A stretch of 64,000 nt of DNA. It comes from an uncultured Chloroflexia bacterium (lineage in GTDB: Bacteria; Chloroflexota; Chloroflexia; Thermomicrobiales; UBA6265). Location of the stretch: assembly GCA_963724295.1 (NCBI GenBank), contig CAVRUC010000003.1:96001-160000 (forward strand), read 5' to 3'. Made by a program: the position numbers and the translations under genes. Shown in pieces: positions 30,024-40,403 of the stretch. Below the pieces are notes generated by a model. It did not search any database. It saw only the letters and a program-made list of their open reading frames with translations, and had not been told where the DNA came from. How positions within the stretch are numbered: the first letter of the stretch is position 1; the number at the start of each line of letters is the position of its first letter.

Positions 30024-30149
30024 AAAGTCGGAAGTCGGCAAGTCGGGAGTCGGAAGTGAGACGGCTGTTCGAAGACGGCAAGACGGCAAGACGGCGAGGA
30101 GTGGTGCCTGCACGCCCGTCACCCATCACCCATCACCCATCACCTAACA
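30024..30149. repeat. Short tandem repeats (AAGTCGG, AAGACGGC, CCCATCA) in the divergent promoter and 5' coding region
   Basis: Direct inspection. Confidence 0.7.
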
Positions 30150-32279
30150 CCCGGCTCCTCCGTCATCCGTGGCGCCTGCCCACACGACTGCCCGGACACC
30201 TGCGCCACGCTGGTCGAGGTGCGCGATGGCCGTGCGGTCGGATTTCACGGCGATCCCGATCATCCCTTCACCCGGGGCTGGCTCTGCGCCAAGGTGCGTC
30301 CGTATCTGGACCGCGTCTACTCGCCTGACCGGCTGCAGTACCCGCTCCGCCGCGTAGGCGCCAAGGGGAGCGGCGAGTGGGCCCGTATCTCCTGGGATGA
30401 CGCCATCGGTGAGATTGCGGAGCGGTGGCAGGGCATCATCGCCGAGCATGGCGCGGCGGCGATCCTCCCCTATTCCTTCAGCGGCACGCTCGGGTTGCTG
30501 CAGGGCGGAGTCGCCAGCATCCGTCTCTGGAACCGGATGGGCGTCAGCGGTCTGGAACGCTCGATCTGCGGCGCCGCTGCCGAAACCGCGGTCAAGATGA
30601 CGCTCGGCGGACGCCTCGCCCCGGACGCTCGCGATGTTCGCCACAGTCGACTCATCGTCATCTGGGGACACAACCCGGCCAGCACGTCGCCACACTTCAT
30701 GCCCTTCATGCGTGATGCGCAGCGCGACGGCGCCTACGTCGTCGTCATCGATCCCCGGCGCTCGACGACCGCGCGATCGGCTGACGAGCATCTCCGGCCG
30801 CGCCCGGCGACCGACGGCGCGCTGGCGCTTGGACTCATGCACGTCCTCTTCGCGGAAGGACTTCATGACGAAGCCTGGCTGCGCCAGCACAGCGTCGGCT
30901 GGGAGGATCTGCGCCAGCGAGTGCAGGAGTACCCACCGCAGCGGGTCGCCGCGATCACCGGTATTCCGGCGGAGCAGATCGTGGCTCTGGCTCGCCGGTA
31001 TGGCACGACAAAACCGGCCCTGCTGAAGTTTGCCGACGGCATCCAGCGGCATGGCAACGGCGGTCAGACGTGTCGCGCGCTCGCCTCGCTCCCCGCGGTC
31101 GTCGGCCAGATCGGGGTGCGAGGTGGCGGGCTCTACTACTCCACCTCGGACTATGTCTCCTGGCAAGGCGAGGCACTAAGCCATCGCTCTGAGTGCCCGC
31201 CCGAGCCGCGGCGGATCAACATGAATCGCCTTGGCGCGGCGCTGACCGGGGAGGTCAGCGATCCGCCGGTGATGAGTCTGTACGTCTTTGCCGCGAACCC
31301 GGTGAGCGCTTCGCCGAATGCCGGTCTCATTGTCGAGGGGATGCGCCGGGACGACCTCTTCACCGTGGTCCACGAGCAGTTCATGACTGATACCGCGCAG
31401 CTGGCGGACATCGTGCTCCCGGCGACCACCCAGTTGGAGCAGGTCGATCTGCACAAGCCCTACGGGCAGCGACACCTGCAATATAACCATGCGGCGATCG
31501 CACCCCTGGGCGAAGCCAGGAGCAACTGGGATGTCAGCCGTCTCCTGGCGCGCGCGATGGGATACGACGAACCGTGGCTCCACGACGAAGCGGAAGACGT
31601 GCTGCGCGAGATCCTGGACGCCTCCCGGCCGAAGAACCCAACGCTGGATGGGATCACGCTGGAGCGGCTGCAGGCTGAAGGGACGGTGGCGTACACGTTC
31701 CCGGACGACGATTCGGTCCCATTCGCCGATGGCCGCTTCCGGACACCCTCGGGAAAGGTCGAGCTGCGCTGCGAGGCCATGGCCGCGCTTGGTCTCGATC
31801 CGGTGCCTGATTACCAGCCGCCCGCCGAGTTCGTGGCCGGTCTGGCGCCCGATGAAGCCGGGCAGCCACCGCTGGTGCTGATTACCGGCGCCGCCCACCA
31901 CTTCGTGACCACGTCGATGGCGAACCAGCCGGGTCTCGTCGCCAAGGAAGGCACGCCGTTCATCGAGATCAGTCCGGACGATGCCGCCGCGCGCCAGATC
32001 GTTCATGGTGAAGATGTCATCGTCTCGAACGAGCGGGGCTGGTGCACCTTGCGCGCCGTCGTCACCGACGACGTGCCCCCCGGCGTGGTCGTCTCCCCCA
32101 AGGGCCGCTGGGCCTCGCTCTCCGCGGACCGCCGCAGCGTCAACTGGCTCACCCCGGACGCCATCGCCGACCTCGCCGGACAGAGCACCTTTCACTCGAA
32201 TCTGGTCCACGTCCGCCCCGCGACTACGGTCGTCACTGAGACCGTTCCGGACCCGATGCTGACTGCTGTCGCCGACTGA
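30108..32279 (+). CDS. Molybdopterin oxidoreductase (DMSO reductase superfamily) with N-terminal 4Fe-4S site; non-canonical start
   Basis: GACPHDCPDTC lies in frame upstream of the tracked GTG; GWLCAK, RISWDDA, WGHNP, TAQLADIVLPA, FRTPSGK. Confidence 0.88.
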   Translation: MHARHPSPITHHLTPGSSVIRGACPHDCPDTCATLVEVRDGRAVGFHGDPDHPFTRGWLCAKVRPYLDRVYSPDRLQYPLRRVGAKGSGEWARISWDDAIGEIAERWQGIIAEHGAAAILPYSFSGTLGLLQGGVASIRLWNRMGVSGLERSICGAAAETAVKMTLGGRLAPDARDVRHSRLIVIWGHNPASTSPHFMPFMRDAQRDGAYVVVIDPRRSTTARSADEHLRPRPATDGALALGLMHVLFAEGLHDEAWLRQHSVGWEDLRQRVQEYPPQRVAAITGIPAEQIVALARRYGTTKPALLKFADGIQRHGNGGQTCRALASLPAVVGQIGVRGGGLYYSTSDYVSWQGEALSHRSECPPEPRRINMNRLGAALTGEVSDPPVMSLYVFAANPVSASPNAGLIVEGMRRDDLFTVVHEQFMTDTAQLADIVLPATTQLEQVDLHKPYGQRHLQYNHAAIAPLGEARSNWDVSRLLARAMGYDEPWLHDEAEDVLREILDASRPKNPTLDGITLERLQAEGTVAYTFPDDDSVPFADGRFRTPSGKVELRCEAMAALGLDPVPDYQPPAEFVAGLAPDEAGQPPLVLITGAAHHFVTTSMANQPGLVAKEGTPFIEISPDDAAARQIVHGEDVIVSNERGWCTLRAVVTDDVPPGVVVSPKGRWASLSADRRSVNWLTPDAIADLAGQSTFHSNLVHVRPATTVVTETVPDPMLTAVAD

Positions 32280-32304
32280 GCTACCGGGTCACCTGACGGA
32301 GCGG

Positions 32305-32867
32305 ATGATGATCGCCACGCTACGCCCCCTCACCTACGACGACCTCCTGGAGATGCCGGACGACGGGCAGCGTTACGAGATCATCGGGGGAGAGCTCGAT
32401 CGTGACGCCGTCGCCATCCGCGAATCACCAGCGAGTTCTGTTGCCAGACTGATCTGGCTCGTTGACGATTTCGCGCGCGAGCCGGCGAGGGAGGGGTCTT
32501 TTCGCCCAGTTCGACGTGGATCTCGGTCGCCACGACATTGTCGAGCCTGATCTGGTCTTCATCGCGACTGAGCAAGGTCGCGTTCCGGGACGAGCACCAC
32601 AAGTTCGATGGGTCGCCGGTTCTCGTCGTCGAGGTCGTTTCTCCGTCGTCGCGGCAGACGGACCGCGTCAAAAAAATGGCGCTCTACGCCCGATCTGGGG
32701 TTCTGGAGTACTGGATCGCGGATCCCGAACAGCGAACGCTGGTTGTCAACGTCCTCGAAGGACAGACTTATGTCCCGGTCGCGCCAGACACCGAGGGTTT
32801 ATTCGTCTCGCGCGCGCTCCCAGGGCTACGCATCGACCCCGCGACGATCTTTGCCGCGCTGGAGTGA
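32305..32867 (+). CDS. Uma2 family (DUF820) endonuclease-like protein; several frameshifts
   Basis: LTYDDLLEMPDDGQRYEIIGGEL, EPDLVF, LVVEVVSPSS..TDR..K..LYA..GV.EYWI.DP. Confidence 0.8.
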
Positions 32868-32915
32868 GCTTCCCATCAATTGCTTGGCTTCGGCGATTCG
32901 TGCCACATTGCTCCT

Positions 32916-33937
32916 ATGACACCTCTCCTTGCTGTCGACAATCTCCATCTCTGGTATGACGCCGGCGGCGGCAAGGTCGTGCGGGCGGTCGATGGCGTCT
33001 CCTTCACGCTCGAGCAGCGCGGCGAGGCTCTCGGTATCGTCGGCGAGTCCGGTAGCGGCAAGAGCAGCCTTGCCCTGGCGCTGATGCGGATGCTGCCGAA
33101 GAACGTCGCTCGCTTCGACGGCTCGGTGCGGCTCGACGGCCGGGAGCTGATTGCCCTTCCGGACGACCAGTTTCGCCGTGAGATCCGTTGGAGCCGCATC
33201 GCCATGGTCTTCCAGGGCGCCATGAGCGTGCTCAATCCCGTCCTGCGCATCGGCGAGCAGATAGCCGAGCCCCTCCTGCTGGAGCGACGATTCGACAAGA
33301 CCGCCACTCGCGCCCGCGTGCGTGACCTGCTGCAGCGGGTCGGACTCCCGGCCGATTTCGCCAGCCGCTACCCGCACGAGCTCAGCGGCGGACAGCGCCA
33401 GCGCGTCGGCATCGCCACCGCGCTGGCGCTCGACCCCGACGTGCTGATCCTCGACGAGCCCACGTCTGCCCTCGACGTCAGCGTGCAGGCGCAGATCATG
33501 AACCTGCTCAAGGACCTCAAGCAGGATCCCGGGATCTCGATGCTCTTCATCACCCACGACATCGGCCTGGCCAGCGATCTCTGCGACCGCATCGCGGTGA
33601 CCTACGGCGGCGAGCAGATGGAGCTCGGTCCCGCCGAGCGAGTGCTGGTCACGCCGCGCCATCCGTACTCCCAGCTCCTGCTGGCCTCGTTGCCGCGCCT
33701 CCATTCAGACGTCCCGCCGCGGCCGATGCCCGGCGACCCACCCGACCTCACCGCGCTGCCTGTCGGGATGCCGTTTTCACCCCCGCTGTCCCTACGCCTT
33801 TGCGGCATGTCTCGAGCACCCACCCCCGATCCCAGTTGCCGGACGGTGGGCACGCGCGCTGCTGGCTGAACGACCCGGTCGTCGCCGGGGAGCGCTACGA
33901 AATACATCTCCGCCCGGCGGAGGCCGCCGTTGACTGA
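32916..33937 (+). CDS. Peptide ABC ATPase (OppD-like); C-terminal frameshifts
   Basis: GESGSGKS, LSGGQRQR, ILDEPT; CRFHPRCP and CWL tail in shifted frames, ending at TGA 33935-37. Confidence 0.9.
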
Positions 33938-34934
33938 GACGCTCCTCGCTCCCCCCACGTCCGCGCCGGAATCGGGACCGCTGCTGGCGCTCGACGACGT
34001 CTCGATGGTCTTCCAGACCCGCAAAGGGCTCTTTCGGGGCGGCGTGGTCACGGCAGTCTCCGGGGTGAGTCTGACCGTGGCGCATGGGGAGACGCTGGCG
34101 CTGGTCGGGGAGTCCGGATCCGGCAAAACGACAGTCGGCCGCGTCTCGATCCGGCTCTTGCAGCCGACGAGTGGCCGGGTGCACTTCGATGGGCAGGACA
34201 TCTCCCAGGTACCGGAGGAGCAGCTTGGCTGGTTGCGCAAGCGGGCGGCGATCGTGTTTCAGGACCCGTTCTCCAGCCTCAACCCGTACATGACTGTCTC
34301 CGACCTCGTTGCCGAACCGCTCGTCATCGACGGAGTGAACGATGCCGACGCGCGACGGGCACAGGTGCGGGCCGCGCTGGAGGCGGTCGATCTCACCCCT
34401 ACGGAGCGCTTCGTCCACGCGTACCCGACGTCGATGTCCGGAGGCCAGCGGCAGCGGGTCGGTATCGCCCGCGCGCTGATCCGGAACCCAGACTACATCG
34501 TGGCCGATGAGCCAGTATCGATGGTGGATGCCTCGTCACGGGTGGAGATCCTCGACTTGCTGAACCGTCTGCAGCGGGATCACGGCGTCGCCTTCCTCTA
34601 CATCACGCATGACATCGCCTCTGCCCGGCACTTCGCGGATCGCATCGGGGTCATGCACCTGGGCTCGATCGTCGAGACCGGCTCGGCGCCGCAGATCATC
34701 GACCAGCCGGTTCATCCCTATACCCGCGCCCTGATCGCGGCGGTGCCCGAGCCCGACCCGGCGAACCGCTTCCTCCGCCGCGCGACCGAACGCTGGCAGG
34801 ACACTCCCGGACTTCCGATCCATCCCGGATGCCCGCACGGCGGGTCAATCGATGAGCCGGCCATTCTGCTCGAGGTTTCCGGCGAGCCGGGGCACAGCGT
34901 TGCCTGCCACCTGGAGCCGGCTCGAGCTCGCTGA
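33930..34934 (+). CDS. Peptide ABC ATPase (OppF-like)
   Basis: GESGSGKT, FQDPFSSLNP, MSGGQRQR, VADEP, HPYT..L, HSVACH. Confidence 0.9.
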   Translation: MTETLLAPPTSAPESGPLLALDDVSMVFQTRKGLFRGGVVTAVSGVSLTVAHGETLALVGESGSGKTTVGRVSIRLLQPTSGRVHFDGQDISQVPEEQLGWLRKRAAIVFQDPFSSLNPYMTVSDLVAEPLVIDGVNDADARRAQVRAALEAVDLTPTERFVHAYPTSMSGGQRQRVGIARALIRNPDYIVADEPVSMVDASSRVEILDLLNRLQRDHGVAFLYITHDIASARHFADRIGVMHLGSIVETGSAPQIIDQPVHPYTRALIAAVPEPDPANRFLRRATERWQDTPGLPIHPGCPHGGSIDEPAILLEVSGEPGHSVACHLEPARAR

Positions 34935-35013
34935 CCTGGCGGGCCGGGAAAGCCGCGGTGCGCTACGATGCCGGGTCTGAACCAGGAAACAGACGGGGAG
35001 GGCCTGCCGCAGC

Positions 35014-36228
35014 ATGACCGGCTCCGAGGAGCATCACACCGGTATTGACCCATGCGGCCCACTCGCCGGGGTGCGCGTCCTGGCGCTCGAGCAAGCCGTC
35101 GCGGGACCGCTCTGCACTCGCCATCTCGCCGACCTCGGCGCGGACGTGGTCAAGATCGAGCGTCCGGGCGGCGGTGATTTTGCTCGTCGCTACGACACCG
35201 CCGTGAAAGGGCTCTCCTCGTACTTCGTCTGGCTCAACCGGGGGAAACGATCGCTCACCCTCGACATGAAGCATCCCCAGGCGAACGCGATCCTGGAGCG
35301 GCTGGTAGCGTCGTCTGACGTCCTGGTGCAGAACCTTGGGCCGGGGGCGATCGACCGTCTGGGTTTCGCACCTGAGCGGCTGCGGCGTGATTACCCCGCA
35401 CTCGTCATCACCTCGATCTCCGGCTATGGCGCGGGAGGTCCCTACGAGACCCGCAAAGCCTTCGATCTGCTGCTGCAGGGCGAAACCGGCGTGATCGCCA
35501 CCACCGGCAACGGCGATGACCTGGCAAAAGTCGGTATCAGCGTCGGCGATATCGGCGCGGGCGTCTACGGCACGATTGGCACTCTCGCCGCCCTCTACGA
35601 GCGCCGCGCCACCGGTCAGGGACGCATCGTCGAGACCTCACTCTTCGATGCGCTCTCCGAGTGGATGGGCTACCCCGCCTACTACACCCTCTACGGGGGT
35701 GAGCCACCGGCGCGCGCCGGGGTGCGCCACGCCACGGTCGTTCCCTACGGTTCCTACCGATGCGCCGATGGCGCCGTGCTCCTCGCGGTGCAAACCGAGA
35801 CGCAGTGGAGAGCGTTCTGCCAGATCGTCTGCGAGCACCCCGAGTGGGAGAGCGACGAGCGTTTCACGACTTCGGCGCTGCGGCGCATCAATCGTGAAGT
35901 GCTGGAATCGATGATCGAGGAGAGCCTGGCGGCGGTTCCGCGTGAAGAGGTGGTGCGCCGCCTGGAGGCGGCCGATATCCCCTTCGGCTCGGTCAACGAG
36001 GTCGCGGAGTTCGTCAGTCACCCGCAGCTCGCCGCTCGCAACCGCTGGCGCGACGTCGATTCGCCCGCGGGGTCGCTGGCGGCGCTGGTCCCGCCATTCG
36101 ACCTGGAAGGAATGTCGCCGCGCATGGGAGCGATCCCGGACGTTGGCGACCACACAGAGGAGATTCTCATCGATCTGGGGTACGACAAGGAGGAGATAGC
36201 AGGGCTGCATGAGCAGGGGATCGTCTAA
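35014..36228 (+). CDS. CaiB/BaiF family III CoA-transferase
   Basis: PLAGVRVL, AGP, LADLGADVVKIERPGGGD, NRGKRSLTLD. Confidence 0.92.
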   Translation: MTGSEEHHTGIDPCGPLAGVRVLALEQAVAGPLCTRHLADLGADVVKIERPGGGDFARRYDTAVKGLSSYFVWLNRGKRSLTLDMKHPQANAILERLVASSDVLVQNLGPGAIDRLGFAPERLRRDYPALVITSISGYGAGGPYETRKAFDLLLQGETGVIATTGNGDDLAKVGISVGDIGAGVYGTIGTLAALYERRATGQGRIVETSLFDALSEWMGYPAYYTLYGGEPPARAGVRHATVVPYGSYRCADGAVLLAVQTETQWRAFCQIVCEHPEWESDERFTTSALRRINREVLESMIEESLAAVPREEVVRRLEAADIPFGSVNEVAEFVSHPQLAARNRWRDVDSPAGSLAALVPPFDLEGMSPRMGAIPDVGDHTEEILIDLGYDKEEIAGLHEQGIV

Positions 36229-36383
36229 AACCGTGTTGCACAACCCGAGTTGACGGGGACTACGGCGTCTGCGCGGGCTGACATGGAAGACGTTCCGAAC
36301 CCTGTACTCAACCCCGTGGAACGTACGGGTGCGCCCGGTTCAGCGGCCCCGCTAGGATGGAAGGCGTGAAGACCGCGTCGGCT

Positions 36384-36401
36384 TGATAGGCGAGCCTATC
36401 A
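36384..36401. terminator. Palindrome TGATAGGC-GA-GCCTATCA next to an A/T tract
   Basis: Perfect 8-bp arms between converging transcription units. Confidence 0.45.
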
Positions 36402-36409
36402 CCTGGAAA

Positions 36410-36605
36410 AAAAGAAACAGTCCCGACCGACTCCGCTTCCGCCCCGCTCCCTGACCAGCCGCTTCCGTGCGCATGCCCCGCAACAATGCGCCCTTTCCCG
36501 GCGGTCCCGGGTCACCCAGGTGGCGTCAGAGTACCCCGCGATGCTCCGGCGCTCCAATCTGGTGTCCGGTGGGAGCGTCGCTTCTGCTCGGCCCCTCGGG
36601 ACTGT
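36410..36605 (-). ncRNA. Independent ~190-nt ncRNA, 6S RNA-like
   Basis: Closing stem ACAGUCCCGA/UCGGGACUGU; inner helices CCGA/UCGG, CGCUCCC/GGGAGCG, ACCGG/CUGGU; 3' UUCUUUUUUU; strong promoter upstream. Confidence 0.65.
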
Positions 36606-36611
36606 ACGTAC

Positions 36612-36640
36612 ACTATATCCGGACATTTGGAGCATGTCAA
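36612..36640 (-). promoter_or_regulatory. sigma70-type promoter TTGACA-N17-TATAGT
   Basis: -35 at 36640-36635, -10 at 36617-36612; predicted +1 (36605) is the first base of the closing stem. Confidence 0.8.
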
Positions 36641-36654
36641 GGGGTTCCGCACAA

Positions 36655-38035
36655 ATGCCACAACCAACCGGTTCTGAGGCCGCGACATCAGCCACCCGCG
36701 GTGCGACTGACGAGGGCAGTGCGGGTCACGGAGCGGGCACGTTCGCGCCCGAATCAACCGCGGTTGACCCGATTCCGTGGACGCCTTCCTTCCGCAGCAC
36801 CGCGAGCTGGGTTGTTTACGATCTGGGTGACACCGTCTTTCAGCAGACCATGATTACCAACTACTTTCCGGTTTGGGTTGTTGCTGTCATGGGCGGCGTC
36901 GATGGCCATATCTCGCTCGTCAACACCATCACCATGGTGCTCATGCTCGGTGTCGGTCCCTGGATCGGAGCCGTTTCGGACCATCTTCCCCGGCGCGTGC
37001 CACTGCTGATCATCACGGTCACTGGCTGCTGCCTGCTGACGTTCTTCGTTGGCGGCAGCCTATGGACCTCGCTTGCCCTCTTCCTCGGCGCGAACCTCTT
37101 CTTTCAAGCAGGCGTGGTGATCTACGATGCGCTCCTGCCGGTGGTGAGCACACCCGTAAACCGGGGCCGCGTCGGGGGTGTTGCCAGTGGATTGAGCAAC
37201 TTCGGGGCGCTGCTCGGTCTCGGTCTCGGCTTCCTCGTTCTGCGAACTGGTGGCAACTACGAAGACAATCTTCAAACTAACGTCGATCGCATTTCTGCTC
37301 CTGGCGATTCCATGTTTCCTCTGGGTGAAGGAGCCGCCCCGCACCGTCGAGCGGGTGGCGCCTCTCAGCGCCGCTCGCGGAGCCATAGGGGACCTGAGGG
37401 CGACTGCTCATCGCGCCCGCTCCTACCCGGATTTGATCCGGTTTCTGGTCGGACGCGCCTTTTACGCCGAAGCCGCCAATACGATCGGCCTCTTCCTGGG
37501 GATCTACCTCGTCGTGACACTCGGATTCAGCTCAGAGCAAAAGGACCTCCTGCTCTTGACGGGTCTCGTCGCCGCCGTCGTTGGCGGCATCTTCTGGGGT
37601 TTTGTCGTCGACCGCATCGGCGCGCGCGACAGCCTCATGCGCGTCTTGACGATCTGGTCAGCGGCGCTGGCGCTCGTCGCCGCCACTGGATTCTCCTTGC
37701 TGCCTGAGCGGGCGCTGTGGCTGATAGCGCCGATCGCTGGGTTCGCGCTGGGCGGGATCTGGGCCTCTGACCGGCCATTGATGGTCGGCATCGCCCCACC
37801 GCAGTACCTGGGTCAGTTCTACGGGCTCTACGCGCTGGCCGGTCGCTTCGCCGCGCTCGCCGGCCCCCTCATCTGGGCGCTGGTGGTCGACGTGCTCGGC
37901 CTGGGCCGTCCCACGGCGCTGCTCGTACTCCTGTCGCTAGTGCTGGTCGCGATGGTCATCCTGCGTCCGCTGTCACCTTCGATCGGCCGACCCGATTCGG
38001 CTCACTACGGCAACTCGGATGTGGTTCTCCCCTGA
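36655..38035 (+). CDS. MFS transporter (Atg22/UMF1-like); frameshift near 37266
   Basis: SWVVYD.GDT.F, GAVSD, IYDALLP.VS...RGRV; second half VDRIG, GQFYGLY. Confidence 0.82.
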
Positions 38036-38054
38036 GGCAGCCAACACAGACCTC

Positions 38055-38099
38055 TTGCTAACGTTGCCAACATTGCCAACATTGCCAACATTGCCAACT
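38055..38099. repeat. Five tandem 9-mers TTGCCAACA upstream of the PPP operon
   Basis: TTGCTAACG, 3x TTGCCAACA, TTGCCAACT. Confidence 0.85.
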
Positions 38100-38274
38100 T
38101 TGACGCGTTCCTATCGCATCACTCCAAAGGATGACGCGCGCTGGCTCTTCGCGGATCGCCGGATCAGGACATGGGATACTTTCCCGTTACGGGGGACACC
38201 CCGCTACCTGCCTGTCTTATTCCGCCGGCCGCCTGGCGTCTTCGCGTCCCAGGCCGTCGTTCGAGGAGGTTCTC

Positions 38275-40375
38275 TTGACCGCCGTCGCTCCCCCCGCGCT
38301 CGACCGTGAGCTTGAAACCGAAGCTATCAATGCTCTTCGGGTCCTCTCTATCGACGCGGTCCAGGCCGCCAACTCCGGTCATCCCGGTCTCCCGCTCGGC
38401 GCGGCTCCCATGGCCTATGTCCTCTTCACCGAGTTCATGCGACTTCGATCCTCACGAACCGGAATGGCCTAATCGCGACCGCTTCGTCCTCTCGGCCGGC
38501 CACGGATCGGCCCTGCTCTACAGCCTGCTCCACATCACCGGCTACGACCTGTCCCTCGACGAGCTGAAAAACTTTCGCCAGCTTGGCTCCAAGACCCCGG
38601 GTCATCCCGAGCGTTTGCACGCTCCGGGCATCGATGTCACCACCGGACCCCTCGGTCAGGGGTTTGCCAACGGCGTCGGCATGGCCATCGCCGAGCGGTT
38701 CCTGGCCTCTACGTTCAACCGCCCGGGGTACGACGTCATCGATCACTACATCTACGGCATCGTCTCCGATGGCGACCTGATGGAAGGGGTCGCCGCCGAG
38801 GCCGCTTCGCTGGCCGGTCATCTCAAGCTGGGCAAGCTGATCTATCTCTACGACCAGAACGAGATCACGCTGGCCGGCACCATCGGCCTCTCCTTCTCGG
38901 AGGACATTCCGGCTCGCTTCCGCGCTGTCGGCTGGCATGTGCAAGAGATCGACGGCATGGACACCGATCAGGTGCGCGCCGCATTGGCGGCGGCACAGGC
39001 GGAGACGGAGCGCCCCTCGCTGATTTGTGCCCGCACGGTGATCGGCTTCGGCTCGCCCAAAGCGGACACCTTCGGCGTTCACGGCGCTCCACTCGGCGCC
39101 GAGGGGGTAGCGAAGACGAAGGAGGCGCTCGGCTACCCACTGGAGCCCGCCTTCTACGTCTCGGACGACGTCGCCGCGCACTTCAAGGCGGTCGGCGAGG
39201 CCGGCGCCGAAAAAGAGGCGGCGTGGCGGCAGGTGTTCCGCGCCTATGAACAGGAGTATCCGGAACAGGCGGCGGCGCTCAGGCTGGCCTGGGATAACCG
39301 GCTTCCGGAAGGTTGGGACAGGGATCTGCCGACCTGGGAACCCGGCGCCAAACCGGTCTCGACGCGCAAAGCCTCCGGCGAGGTGATCAATGCCTTCGCG
39401 CCGCGGGTGCCGACCTTCATCGGCGGCTCGGCCGATCTCAACCCGTCGACGAACACGGCAATGAAAGGCGCTGGGGATTTTGGGTCGCCGGCCGCCGTCC
39501 TCGATCCGAGCGCGGAGCAAGGGCTCTCCGGCGGTGACTGGGGCTACACCGGGCGCAACATCCACTTCGGTATCCGCGAGCACGCCATGGGGAGCGCCGC
39601 CAACGGCATGGCCGCCCACGGCGGGGTGATCCCCTTCACGGCGACCTTCCTCGTCTTCGCGGACTACATGCGGCCGCCGATCCGCCTCGCCGCGCTCTCC
39701 GACCTCAAGGTGATCTTCGTCTTCACCCACGACAGCATCGCCGTCGGCGAAGATGGTCCGACACACGAGCCGGTCGAGCAGCTGGTCAGCCTGCGTGCCA
39801 TCCCGAAGCTCGTCACCATCCGTCCCGCGGACGCCAATGAGACCGCTGACGCCTGGCGCGTGGCGCTGTCCCTCGCCGGTCCCTGCGTGCTCGTCTTCTC
39901 GCGACAGGATCTGCCGGTGCTCGATCGCTCCGGCGCCTGGGGCTCGGTCGCCGACGGCGCATACATCATCTCCGGAGCGGAGGGAGACCCGGACGTCGTA
40001 CTGATTGGCACTGGATCCGAGGTCGAGCTCGCCGTGCGCGCCGCCGCTCTGCTCGCTGAGCAGGGCTTGCGCGCTCGGGTCGTCAGCATGCCGTCATGGG
40101 AGCTGTTCGCTCACAAGGACGATGACTATCGCGAACGCGTCCTCGGCCCAACCGGAACACCTCGCGTCGCGGTCGAGGCGGGCGCCACGCTGGGTTGGGA
40201 GCGCTTCGTCGGCGAGCGCGGCGCCGTGGTCGGTATCGATCGCTACGGCGCGTCGGGTCCGGGCAGCCAGGTGATGAAGCATTTCGGATTCACCCCGCAG
40301 CGAGTCGCGGCGACCGCCCTGCGGGTCCTCGGTCAGGACGAGCTCGCCGCGACGATCGAGACCGCCGAGCAGTAA
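38275..40375 (+). CDS. tkt: Transketolase; frameshift near 38442
   Basis: [59 protein letters not shown]. Confidence 0.95.
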
Positions 40376-40403
40376 TCATCCAGTCCTATTGAGGAGGAGC
40401 ATC

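Noticed and set aside
32305..32867. Uma2 gene as a defence system
   Set aside because: Solitary, common multicopy family; no partner defence genes nearby
36227..36246. IS/MITE terminal inverted repeat (ACCGTGTTGCACAA)
   Set aside because: No matching opposite end or transposase seen in the window
36410..36605. SRP RNA, tmRNA or RNase P identity
   Set aside because: No SRP domain IV GGAA loop context, no tRNA-like ends, too short and lacking the RNase P signature
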